64,000 nucleotides of DNA from Neoechinorhynchus agilis (taxonomy: Eukaryota; Animalia; Acanthocephala): contig CM121342.1 of assembly GCA_051530055.1 (NCBI GenBank), forward strand, positions 530,797 through 594,796, written 5' to 3'. Shown piece by piece: positions 49,983 through 61,919 of this stretch (position 1 is the stretch's first letter; each line of letters begins with the position of its first letter). A program made the translations under genes and the position numbers. The notes beneath the pieces were generated by a model. It was not told the DNA's origin, did not search any database, and saw only the letters and a program-made list of their open reading frames with translations.

Positions 49983-51557
49983 TGTGTGAGATGGAGAGAC
50001 ACAAACAGTTAACAACATCCGCATCAACTTCACTAGTTCATGCATCTTGTTGATGAGGTGCATCCGCCCGCCCTCATCCTCAGTTCTTTCCCGATTCGAA
50101 CCCATCGCCTCTCCCGAAATCAACAGCGCCTCCGCTATCGCTAAATCCAAAAGGGGTCTCGGGCTTTATAAATGATCTTGGTAGAGAGGTTCACCTCGCC
50201 ATCTGAATGACACCGCGAATTGTGTTTCGCCCGAGGTGTGGCTGCTGGCGCACTAGGGTTGAGCTCATTACGTACATGCTCCGTGTAACTCGTTTGTACA
50301 GCGGTCGCTCCGTCTTCCTAATGTATGTGATATAAAGTCATTTCCTTTTTCTTTGCAACGTTCGCAGATCACCTTATACACACCCTTCATGTCATTGCCT
50401 GGCGCAAATCAACACATCTTACATGCGCTCGGGCATGAACTTGGTGCTTCATGATGTCCCCCGTCCTCATCATGATTCGACGCAACGCCGGAGAACCAGG
50501 CGAACATCCAATCCCGCTCTTCGCAGCAGTCGTCTTATGTTGTTCGTGAATTGCTCGCTGGCGAATGGAATCTTCAGAGTGGGCTTTAACTTTTGCCGAT
50601 TCCTCTCTAGATCATCAACTATTCGCTGTCTAACCTTTTCCGAGCGTAATTGAAGTGGTTATGAGAATCTCGATGCATGAAGATGGCCCTCTCGCACGAC
50701 TCGTTTATATCATTGGCGTTGAAACAAAGATTTAGGAACGGCAGGTAATTCGCTGGGCTGTCCCGGATAACTGTGATTCGCCCAGCCAAATCCATCAAAT
50801 TCAAGCAGGACTCCACGTCATTCGCGTCATTCTCCTCTCTGTAGCTGAACAAAACATCATCCGCATAGCGGAGATAAATTTGGCTCGACGCTAGGTGTGG
50901 GAAGATGCTAGGCCTCTCCAAATCATCAAGCAAAATGATAGCTAAGACAGGAGCTAAACTATTTCCCATGGATAATCCGTGGATCTGGCGGTATAGCTGG
51001 TTGCCATATTGGAAAAGGTTGCAATCCAAAACCATCCGGGTGAGGCGAATCACATCGCACGATTGCATCCCAAAAAGATTGATATCCTCTTCGCACTCTC
51101 GCAGCCTTCTCTACGGTGCTCTGACTGCTGCTTCGTTGTCCACATTCGTATAAAGCGACTCGAAATCGAAGGACATGACGTGGCTACCCATAAAATCAGC
51201 TCGACGTATCGTCGCCAAGAGCCGAGATATCCTGTAGGCAGGTCCGTTAACGGCCGAAATTATCGGGCGGCAATTTAATAAATTTGCGGTCGTTGTTGTG
51301 ATCGAGACAATTTGCATTTTGTGCGTCTTAACCATTGTATACATTACTGGAATGCGCAATGGTCCGCGTGTGAAGCCGTTCATACCTCTCAGATTTCTAA
51401 TGACAATCACTTCTCGAAGGGTACGATTCAGCTGCTCTCTCTTCGATTCGGTATCGTCTTTATCCTCTCTCTTGTACACACTATCATCACTCAATAGCTC
51501 GTCCATCATTGTGGATTCGACACTTCGGTCTATTGTCACTAATTCACCACCGTTCAA
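49932..51557 (-). mobile_element. decayed Penelope-like element (RT, GIY-YIG remnant, pLTR)
   Basis: CRPIISAVNGPAY, SFDFESLYTNV, YRQIHGLSMGNSLAP, LRYADD, and a YIRKTERPLYKRV remnant near 50300. Confidence 0.88.
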
Positions 51558-52103
51558 AAAATACATCCCTTAATACGGAATTCATAACACATAGTCTCTT
51601 GAGTTTAATCTAAAACTAGCGTCCTAAAATTTATATTAAATATTACTATTGATGTGCATTAGCAATTTCGGCGGTCGGAGGAATTTTGTTTTTTACATCG
51701 GAGAAGTGATGTTACCACTTTAACTCGGATGAAACGTTAAGAGTTAGTACATTTCTCATTGATGGATCCCGCCTCCTGGAGGTATCTAAGGATCCGGAGA
51801 AATGTACGAACTCTTAACGTTTTATCCGAGTTAAAGAGGTAACATCACTTCTCCGACGTAAAAAACAAAGTTCCTCCGGCCGCCGAAATTGCAAATACAC
51901 ATCAATAATCCGGTCGAGCAAATAGCTGACAAAATCAACAAATAATTTATTTCAAGAAAACTGGCAGATTATATCATTTCATTTTCGCAGTCGAAACATC
52001 ACAAATATCACAATATGAAGCGACTATGATCATCGTTAACTATTAGAAGGATTCCAATCCTTTTAAATTGGGATTTAAAAGCTTTGAGATCGGCTATCCA
52101 GGC
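51558..52103 (+). repeat. continuation of the VPS45-downstream duplicate (about 25374-25582), interrupted by insertions
   Basis: taatacggaattcataacac..., aagaaaactggc and ttcgcagtcgaaacatcacaaatatcacaatatgaagcgac... match 25374-25582. Confidence 0.9.
51647..51907. mobile_element. MITE-like foldback element, about 110-bp inverted arms, 39-nt spacer
   Basis: tattgatgtg...gtacatttctc pairs with gagaaatgtac...cacatcaata, with about 8 differences, several of them G-T compatible. It is absent from the paralogous site at about 25455. Confidence 0.85.
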
Positions 52104-52850
52104 CAAAGTTACTTTGAGAAGACATGGGCGCGGGTTAGAGGGATTTTTGGAGGGAATGCGCACAACATTTTTGTGGGATGAAACGCAGAATGCAAATCGG
52201 GGAAAAGGAGTTGAGTAATACGCAGTATTATTGTGGCGGTGGTGTGCATCAGAGGCAAAAGGATCTGTAGCGGGGGATTCAGGTATTCCAGTAATAAATA
52301 TGATGCGATTTATATCCTCGATGGAGGAGTGCCTGATACGATGGGTCGAATTCAATTCGACGAGGGATGATGGACGGGGAGGGGGGAGAAGTCGTATCAT
52401 GACAGAAATGAATCGGAGGGTTGATTAATTGTGATGGCATTGAGGCCGACTTCATATCCTCATAGTTCTTTGCTCCTCGTTTTGCTCTTCTTTCTACTCG
52501 TTCAGATGTTTCTTTGACCTTTTTCTCAACCGTAGCTTTCTTAGTAGTTACTGGCGGTGAATCGCTTTCGCTTTTCCTATCGCTATGTTTTATCAATCTT
52601 AATATCATAATCCTCCACAGTAATTTTAGAATCGGGTGGTACCATGTCCCTAATAATTGTCAAAGTATTCACAGTATTTTTAAAACCATCGTTTCCAACA
52701 AATCTTCGTTTGAGTTTGCCATACTGATGGCCCTCTTCACTAGCCGATTTTTGTATTTTCTTAGCTTGTTTCTTAGAATTCCCATTTGGAACCTTTGTCT
52801 CCCTCTTTGAATTTTTTGAATTCGACCAAATCTTCACTTCTAAGAGAATT
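52104..52850 (-). mobile_element. family B LINE ORF1, 5' portion
   Basis: KATVEKKV...RRAKRG, PPRPSSLVELNSTHR and RIPSKNPSNPRPCLLKVT are homologous to 33351-34031. Confidence 0.8.
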
Positions 52851-52980
52851 CTTTTCGCACATAGTAGCCTCCGTTAATATATCTTTAACTGTTCTAATCG
52901 CTTCAATTACTGAACCTTTAGACTGTCAGTAACTCACTCGAAGCGCTTCTTTAGTGCAACATCAATAAGAGTGGACTACT

Positions 52981-53092
52981 TAGCCCAGTCCCGTTCACTG
53001 TTCATTGTTTGTGATTGGTTCACACAAATAAACAATGAACAGTTAACGGGACTAGGCTAGGTTGCGAGGACCCCGAGGTACATGGGTCCTCT
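52981..53092. other. two adjacent hairpins (30-bp stem and 8-bp stem) upstream of the family B LINE ORF1
   Basis: tagcccagtcccgttcactgttcattgttt pairs with aaacaatgaacagttaacgggactaggcta (2 mismatches); gaggaccc-10 nt-gggtcctc follows. Confidence 0.8.
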
Positions 53093-53816
53093 TCTTAAAC
53101 AAAATAAATAAAACGTGTTGTTGAAATTAAGTCCGAGATTTGCTCTTCTAGTGTATTTTTGTCAAACGGGTCGAATAATCATTCCTTTAAACAGTCAACA
53201 CAACTTTCAAAATGATTGTTAGTATATCAAAGATCGAAGGCATACTTGCAAAAATGCAGGCAACTAGTTTGTTTTGCCATTTAAATGTAAAAGTGTCTGC
53301 TTAGTCACTATCAGGAGCATCTATGAGAAGATTCCATTGTTTAAAAATTACCATAAAGTGACTAAAAAATAAGTGCACCTTGAAATAGCAAAAATTGAGA
53401 AACCATTACGCGTCATTTAATTTTTCAAGTGGACACATTTTGAGATAAAAATAAGATGGTTTTATTTTTTCAGCCGAAGTATTTAAGCCCAAGAGCAATG
53501 GTATTAATTCATTTAGTAACTAAAACGTAGTTGTCGTACGAATTGAGCTTGCTGTAGAATGAGAAAGATGTCTTATAAATATTTAAATTTATCGACTTAT
53601 TCGGTCTTTCAAATTTTCTAGAAATTAGAATTGAAACTTTTAAGAATTTAACAATGCTCTTTATCACAGCATAGCTAAATTAAAGCTTTTCGGCAGAATA
53701 TGTATTTACTTCTCGATAAAATTTAGAATTTGCGCGATCACTAAAGATGTTCAGCAAGTAAACCAAGGATGCGAATCATTGGTTGATATGGTTAAATAAA
53801 TGAATTAAATATTTAT

Positions 53817-55634
53817 TTAAGGTAAATAATTTACTGTGAAAATCTTCGACAGATAATTTCGCTGTTTGGTATCAATTCCTTTGGATACAGCGGCTTTGTA
53901 GTAATGGACGTAAAGCTTCTTGGTACCCATAAATTTGTGATATATAGCCATCATGTAGTGACCATCAGCGTTTCCAGGATCATTTTCAATTAATTCTTGC
54001 AATATATTGTGAGCTTCATTGGTTCGGTTTGAGTTCAACAAAACACCTGCCAAATGGACCTTAACTAACGAATTGTTATCACTAATATCCAACGCTCGAC
54101 CCAGAGCCTGTAGCGAATCATCGATCTGTTTAAGCTTAAAGAAAGAGACCGCTAATCTGATTTCCAATCTCCAATGTGAGGGGTTCATGACCAGCGCTTG
54201 TTTTAATTCTACGATCGCGCAGTCAAAATACCCTTTGTCAAATAATAACATTCCTCGGTACATAAATGATTTATAAGTGAAAGGATCATATTTAATAAGG
54301 ATATTGATTGCTTGATCCATCCTTCTGTATTGACCGTTTAAGTAACGTTCACTTACAAGAAGTGAAGTGGCATAGGCCCGAAGTTTAACGTTCGAATCTT
54401 CAACTTTAATTGCTTTCTCAAAAGCTTTGACCGCAAGTTCCTTATCCTTATACAAAGTTAATAGATTTCCTTTGGCGCAATAGTAAATAGCATTGTTTGG
54501 CAATGTGGATATTGACTTAAGACAAAGGTTGTGGAGGCTGGCCTCATCATTTTTACGATAAAGTGCCGTAGAATAATATTCTAAACCTTCTGTTGAATCG
54601 GGGAAATGTTGCATTAGACGCTCAAAGGATAGAATGCACGCGTCGTTTAACATTTGTTCAAATTGAATTTTGGCTACTAGCAGTTGAATAGAATGAACCA
54701 TTTCGTAACAACAAATTCCGTCGAGTGTCTTAATATGCTCCATTGCTTCTCGAAATCTGCATAGTGAAAATGCATGGTAGGCTCGAGCGTATTGAACTAA
54801 AATGATCGTCAAAGCATTGGATCGATGAAAGTTTCTATTCTCAACAGAACTACGACTCACTTCCCCATTTTTGTCTATTCTTTTATATTTTCCAACTGGC
54901 TCGAGATCACTTTTCCTATCTTCATCTACGGTAATCGCTATGGGTCTTTTTATCCCTGTATTGATTGCATTGATTTTAATATTTAGTAAAATCTTAATAG
55001 AATCATCGAGATGTGGTGTGAGCTTCAACACTAAATTTTCGATTTGTAAATTCCACTTTATAGTGTCACATGCTCCCTCAATACAATGCACTGAAGTTGG
55101 ATCAGCTTTTAAGCCCAATCGAAAGGCCCGCATGGCGACAATATGTTTTAACTGTTCAAGTAAAATGTAGCCGATTGTTTCAAATAGTGAGCCGAGCATT
55201 ATTCGGTCATTTTTTCCAATTACATTATCTCTACATATTCTGTAAAGTAAATTTAAACGACGTATATCGTCATGATCGTCTGATCCAGATATTGTATTCG
55301 TCCACCGACAAAACTCATCTTGAAAAGAGTCCAATTTTCTCCATGTGTAACAAGACCTGGCGAAACGCGTTTTTGCCTCTATTGTGCTTAGATCAACAAC
55401 CAAAATACGTAAGGCGTCCAGAGAGTTTAAATATTTATCACTGCATTTTTTTTTGAACTCCAAATACTTGTTATTAACTTTTGTATAGTTTGGATACTGC
55501 GACCGCATCAAATCTGCATAGAACATTGCATTTCGTGAACTGTAAACCGAAATGTACTTTTCGGCGTATTTTTCTAGCTCTTCAACTTCAGGAATAGAAG
55601 TGATTTTATCCAAGAGTGGGTTTGAATTGATCAT
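53817..55634 (-). CDS. CDC27: divergent TPR protein, CDC27/APC3-like (605 aa, no introns evident)
   Basis: Tandem TPR helices. FERLMQHFPDSTEGLEYYSTALY and YCAKGNLLTL...AVKAFEKAI...AYATSLL resemble the CDC27 segments EGME.YST.LW and WCA.GN.FSL...AI..F.RAI. Confidence 0.55.
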   Translation of the reverse strand: MINSNPLLDKITSIPEVEELEKYAEKYISVYSSRNAMFYADLMRSQYPNYTKVNNKYLEFKKKCSDKYLNSLDALRILVVDLSTIEAKTRFARSCYTWRKLDSFQDEFCRWTNTISGSDDHDDIRRLNLLYRICRDNVIGKNDRIMLGSLFETIGYILLEQLKHIVAMRAFRLGLKADPTSVHCIEGACDTIKWNLQIENLVLKLTPHLDDSIKILLNIKINAINTGIKRPIAITVDEDRKSDLEPVGKYKRIDKNGEVSRSSVENRNFHRSNALTIILVQYARAYHAFSLCRFREAMEHIKTLDGICCYEMVHSIQLLVAKIQFEQMLNDACILSFERLMQHFPDSTEGLEYYSTALYRKNDEASLHNLCLKSISTLPNNAIYYCAKGNLLTLYKDKELAVKAFEKAIKVEDSNVKLRAYATSLLVSERYLNGQYRRMDQAINILIKYDPFTYKSFMYRGMLLFDKGYFDCAIVELKQALVMNPSHWRLEIRLAVSFFKLKQIDDSLQALGRALDISDNNSLVKVHLAGVLLNSNRTNEAHNILQELIENDPGNADGHYMMAIYHKFMGTKKLYVHYYKAAVSKGIDTKQRNYLSKIFTVNYLP

Positions 55635-56773
55635 GATTTTTGAGGGCTTGGTATTGTGCTTCTTTGTTAGAGCTTACGATTATGTGTACGAGAGCAATGT
55701 AAAAGTTGTTTGAGGAAGATTCAGTCTTGTGAGATAAAAACTATCTTTTACACTGGATTGAAAGTGTTTGGTTGTATAAATTTCGTGATTAGTCTTCTAT
55801 AATGTGCAGTAGCACGGTTCCTTAAAAATACTAATGATAATGTAGCCAATCAGCGATCAAGTTGATAAAGGCACGCAATCGTAACTTAAATCTATTTGGA
55901 TTGAAATTAATTTGCATTGCGCAATCGTTCCTTGATTGAAAGATAATTTGTGCGTAAAATAAAATTTACTTAATTATTTCAAATCAACACATCGATAATC
56001 AAAGATATAACGAAAACGCCATAATTAAACTTGTGATTTTACGAACTTTTGAAGTTTGTATGAATTGAAAAAAATTGTATCTTCGGAATTTTTCGACATG
56101 CTAACAAGGTTCTCAAATTATAATTTATTCATGCTTCTTTCCTGTGGCATGGTTTTCAATTAATTTCTCCGGAATATAAAAATCTGGAAACGTCTGTGGT
56201 GTCGATGCATTATTTTGCATAAGAAGATTGATCGGTCGTAAATCGGATTTAGATATGACATAGGAAGGAGTAAAAACTATATTAATTGACTTACGTGTAA
56301 AAATCTCGGTTTTAAAATGTAAAAGCTTTTTCGTTATTTTTACAGAATATATCAAAATGGTGGGTAATTACAATTAATTTTTCCCCCATTTTTCGCTTTC
56401 AATTACTCGGTCACATTGTGAAAAACCTTTAAAGTATGTGATAATTATTCTGAGTATGACGTCAAGGCATTCGAAGATTTCAAGAATTCCAAGTAAAATT
56501 CATTTAAATTTCTCATCGCGAAATTCTATTCTGCGTGATTCCGACATTACTCATAGCTGTCATTTTTTCTTTATAGTATGAAAGTATTTTACAATAATTT
56601 ATTTTTTATATACAAATGTTTAATTTCTAAGCAACTTTAAGCAGCAACTGATTTTTGCGAGAAAATGTTGTTAGACCTATAATTCCTTTTTCAATTTTTC
56701 ATCATTAATCCTTCGTAGGACGCTTTTTTCGTGGATATTTTTACTGAGTAAGCGGCATTTTCTCTCAACTTTC

Positions 56774-57713
56774 TCATTCGTCTTCATTATTGGTTCCATT
56801 GATCACATTGGTGTTTGGGTTTTCATTCTCTTCGTAGTTATCCTCATAAATGTCTTCTCGTTCTGCGACACATAAAACGTATTCGAGATGTTCATAAATA
56901 TATCTATCGCAACTTCTACGCATTAAGGCCATCTTTAGTTCTTCGTTACAAACATATCCATAGTACAATTTAACGTTGATGTGTATTTGTCTCATATCCT
57001 TAATGAATTCACCAGCATGATAATAACATTCGCAATTTATCTTTTCCATAACAATTTCAAAATCCATTGGAGTTTTGATAACTGCATCGTAATCTTTTTG
57101 TTCGCGACGTGTTCTTGTTTGAATGAATACTGGTGGAAGATAAGGTCGAACACAACGTTGAACAATAAGTTCCAAACACCTTCGTAGGACAAGATTGTTG
57201 TACACGATTTTAGGACGATAAGCTTGCATTTCATAATCGAGCATCATGGTTCGGAACGTCTTCATTGGCTTCAAAATTCTCCTAACAAAACTCCTGGCAA
57301 GTGAATACATTCGACCTGACGGCCCGTAAACTATTTTATAACAGTGCTCGAAAACCTTAAGGTCACCCAACATCATGTACCGGTGATGATATTCGTACCG
57401 TATTATTTTTTCTTCGATTTTCTTTATTGACATCCATTCAGAATTAATTTTCGAGTGATATACTTTTTCTGTATCGTCATGTATTCGCAATTCGTTTAGT
57501 TCAGCATAATCGTCAAATGGAAGATTTAGTATGTGGCGAAGCACCTTCGACAGGTTAACCACAGCTTCCTGCTGTAGTGAATTCATATTCCTAAAAATGA
57601 AAGTTTTTATAGTCTAGCTATTAAATGAAAAATATTACTTACTTAAATTCTACTTTTGGCCTCATTCCATGGACAAGAAGTTCCCGGAGGTCTTGCAACT
57701 CAATTAGTTCCAT
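56774..57713 (-). CDS. divergent double-bromodomain protein, join of 57713..57643 and 57590..56774; more 5' exons possible
   Basis: DYDAVIKTPMDFEIVMEKI...Y...EFIKDMRQIHINVKLYYG, plus a more eroded first domain. A 52-bp GTAAGT...TTTTTAG intron joins the exons in frame. Confidence 0.75.
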
Positions 57714-59822
57714 CCATGGAGTAGAAAATGACATTTGGAAACAAAAAATGATTAGTGTTTTGTAAAGTTTTAAGCTAGATTGTAGACTTAACGGAGGTAA
57801 TTAGTTCTTGCAAAAATAGTATTGTTGCATTAGATAGCATGCGCACAATTTTGCAACCAATCAGAATTCAGGAAATGAGTCGCAAAGAAATGTTTGTTCG
57901 TGCATTCGTTAGAATCTTATTTGCGTAGTTTTGGAAGATCTTTAATATAAAAACTAATTAAACGACTTTCCCGTAATTACTCGTGGCATTACCCACTAAG
58001 AGTGAAAAATCAATCAAAATGAAACAAAGTCGATGCAAACGAAACGTTCTTAGTACTTTTGCACTGAAAAATTAATTAATGGGAAATGATTCAATAAAAT
58101 CAATTCTCTTACAACACTCTCCTACAATTAAACTTATGAAAAATTAAAAAAATGCTCGAAATATTTTTATGTGATTACAAAATACATTTCAGGGCTAATG
58201 ACTTTTACGATTTTTTCATATCTATCTTTGCCTTGATTAAAAAGCAATAGTTTCAATATACAATACATAAATCGATCCGAGGTGTATTTTTAATTACTTT
58301 GCATTTTCCCCAAGTGCTACAAGTGGGAAAATTAATTATATGTGACTATTTCAATGCCGTAGTTCAAAAGTGTTTCCAAATTGTTAGAAATATTTATACC
58401 GCGAGGTAATATGGTATTTGTCGTCTTAATTTTTGTTAATTCCGCCGAAGATAAATCAAATTTATAGAAGAACGACCATTACGCATTTGTGCACCGAAAC
58501 TCCAGCTCATTATCGGGATATTCCCATTTTTTTATCTGGTTTAAATCGAGATTCATTGATAAAAAGGTGCATCAGAAGGAAATTTTTTTACAGAATAACA
58601 CTATTTTAAACATCGTTTGAGTGATCATTATTAGCATCAAAAATTTTATAAGTTGCATTTTAAATGGTAAACATTTCTTTTGCTTTCCATTGGAATTCCT
58701 AGAGATTTACGGCTTTAATTGTGAGCATAAAATTTAAATGCGATAAAGTTAACTCATATAAATAATTTCGAAAATTTGTTGTCAATTAATAACGATTTCA
58801 AAAGTTTAGTTTTGGCAGAATGAATGAGTCATTTTTAAATGTGGTTTAAAATGTGCATTTATTTTTAGGCAATTTTTGCAATTTTGCGTTGTGCATTAAA
58901 TGTTAAAATTGGAAGATTTTTATTTATTTTGCATTAAGAAAGTTGTATTTTCATTCCTTCATTCGGGTTTATTTAAATTGCACAAAAAATTGCTTCATAA
59001 TAGAAAAAGACTAAATAACCACTTTTTTGACACGAACAATATGAATATGCAGTTTAATCGTTTGAAGGTGATTGAGCATTCCTGCTGTAGTTCTTAATGA
59101 CTAATGTACGCCGCCACTGCCCTCAATTTTTTTTATCTAATACCGAAATAAGCGATTGTGGATGCACTATGATTTTTTATGGTTATCCTTGACAAGTTTG
59201 CATGACTTCGTTTCCTCCATAACTTTTTGTTCTAGCGCGATTTCCTAATTCTGCTTTTTTTGCAGGGAATTTGAATCGCCGCGAACCACTTTGTCTTTGA
59301 CAGTCAATGAATTTTCATTTTTTAAATTGACGCTTCTTGATTTTCCATTTGATGCCGCAGCAGTCATCGCCTGTTCACCCTCTTGCCCGTTCGAGAATTT
59401 AACGGCTGAATTTTCACTCATTGGGAAATAGTTCTAGAAAAATTGAAGATTAAACACAATTAAAATTTAGTTGCATTTGTTATTACATTTTAACGGAGGT
59501 AATTTACTACAGAAGCTAAGATTTTCACGAAAAGTCTTTAAATTTTAAAATAAATCAGTTTAACTCCAGTTGCGAGAACTTAAAAGCCATTTAGTGTTTC
59601 ACAGCAGCAGGCAAATAAAAACACGCAACGCACTTAAAGATCAAAAGACATCTTATTGCACGCTTTAATGAACACACATTCTTAATGAAAAACAAAACAA
59701 ATCTCCTTTGATCATACAGCTTGAAATCCTATTGGCTCATTTCAGCTGAATAGTGCATCGAGCCCGCTTAGAACTGAATACATACCACCTCGTTATTGAG
59801 CTTTTCTTGCGATTTTCTTAAA

Positions 59823-61919
59823 ATGGACGAACCCTCTGAAAACGATCATTCCAAATCCTTTCACAGATTTGGCATTTCTCAAAGTGATGAATCAGATGAA
59901 ACGTAAGTCCTCACTGGTAAAATATGCAAGATTATTAAACTTTCGCTTTTAGAACAAATTCAACGCAGGAAGTGGAAAATATGGATAATTCCGACAAGAA
60001 AACCGTTGGAAAAGGTGAAGATGATACAAAACCATCAAAGCAAAATCATCCATCGAATATATGCACGAACGAGAGCCGAAATCGCAGTGGCTCAGATGAA
60101 GACAAAATTATAAAACTTTCTTCCACAAAGACAGTAAAGAAGAATAGTGATTCTGAACATGAACTTTCCCAAAATTTGAACATGTTGAGCATTTCTCAAC
60201 ACGATCCTTTATTCGATCGGCTTAAACAACGCGGTAAAAAACTAGCTCGGAAGCGATCTAAAGTTTCTCGTGCGATTTCAGTGAATGAGGATGATAGTTC
60301 ACAAGATGAGCCTTCTAAAAAATTTGGCACATTAAATTCATCCAACCGAGTGCTACGCGATTCGGGGAATATTCGTTCACGTAAACATTCAAAGGTTTCG
60401 TGTGCAATCCCAATAAAAAACAAAGATGAATCTGAAGAGGAGCTATCTGATTTCTTCGAAGCTCTAGAACTATCGTCATCTGAAGTTTCAGACCAAGAGT
60501 AAGTACTATTTTACTAACTTTCGGACGTATTGAATGTTTTTTGATAGAGTTGATAACAGCAAACAACAACGAAAATCAACATTTGGTCGTTCGGACCCCG
60601 TAAAATCACTTTCAAAAATCCTTAAGGATATTTTTTTGAAAATAACGAAATTGCCTGAGGCAAAACCGTTTTATACTTTGGTAAGAAATAAAAACAAAGC
60701 ACAAAATCACAAAGAAGAGGTATTTAACCTTCGCACAATTCATAAGAGATTGAATGAAAGGTATTATTTACACCGACGAACTCTTATAATAGATCTCAAG
60801 CGCATGATTGACAATGTGGAGAATGAATATGGTAAGGATCACAGGATGACTACGTCGGCCATAAAAGTTTGTCGTGCATTGGCAAATGGAATTGAAAAAC
60901 GAGAGGTAGAAATAATGGAATTGGAAATAAGAATTGATCCAATGCTTGGAGGAGATAGTGATGTATCATTTGCACACATTCTCAACCGTATTATCAACGA
61001 GCATATCATGCAGGTGAAGAATGCTGATTACTTTAAAGAAGCCGTACATCGCAAAAAAGATCCAAGATACTACGAAGTAATTAAGAATCCAATGCATTTA
61101 GCACTGATAAAACGAAAAATTAAGAGGAACTCGTACCAAAATGTTGAAGATTTTATTAATGATTTACGTATTATGCGTCAAAATACCCTCATATACCATG
61201 GCCCGGTCAGCGAAATCACAATAGCCTCAGACGAAATTGTGCTTTCTTGTAAAAAATGCATTCAAGAAGTATTTAAAATTGATCTGGAAATACTTGGAAA
61301 AGTAACACCCAGTGACCGTCCTGTCAACTATGAAATGATTTCGGGAGAAGCAACCTTCGATTTGGAGCGTTGGCGCCAAAAAGCGTTGGAATTTCTGCAG
61401 TTTGACAGCAGCGATGAAAGTGTGAAGGATGAAGACGATGAAAAGATCACGAAATGTAGCAGTCAAGAACCAAGGGGACTTGAGCAGGTTGATGTCAGCG
61501 ATAAAATCGCTAAGGAGGAAGACGTTGAATTGATCAGAGATTGCACTATTGAAGAATCATTCGACTCTGTACATACTGAGAGCAGCGATGAAAGCGTAAA
61601 GGAGGAAGACGATGAAAAGATAACGAAGTGCAGCAGTCAAGAACCGTTGGATTTTGTGCAACCAGATCGCACTGATAAAAGCCATAAGGAAGAAGACGAT
61701 GAAAAGATCCCTGAACCTCCAAAGATCCGCAGGACAAAAAAGGAAATAATAAAAAGACGTTATGCTCAATTTTATAAGACCCAGGGAATGAAACTTTTCG
61801 AATTGGAATTGATTGGTGATCAAGATGGAATGGATAGGATACTTAAAGAGCCACTACCAAGTATCAGCGACCTAGATAATTACAGCGATGATTCGATGGT
61901 ATCAGAGGATGATGATTGA
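59823..61919 (+). CDS. stand-alone TAF1-type tandem-bromodomain protein, join(59823..59902,59953..60498,60548..61919), 665 aa
   Basis: Two GTAAGT...AG introns (50 and 49 bp) give an open frame. The inter-domain linker LEIRIDPMLGGDSDVSFAHILNRII matches the TAF1 linker [25 protein letters not shown]; also YYEVIKNPMHL...Y...F.NDL...NTLIYHGP. The tails are acidic. Confidence 0.88.
61404..61710 (+). repeat. coding repeat SSDESVK(D/E)EDDEKITKCSSQEP, two copies 177 bp apart plus a partial third
   Basis: Visible in both the DNA and the translation. Confidence 0.9.

Noticed and set aside
50085-50110. GGTTCGAATC T-loop-like motif on the minus strand
   Set aside because: It lies within the PLE endonuclease remnant and forms no cloverleaf.
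59150-59421. Minus-strand ATG-initiated 59-codon frame as a first exon of the 56.8-57.7-kb bromodomain gene
   Set aside because: It ends in a stop, and no convincing donor site or homology is visible. cDNA would be needed.
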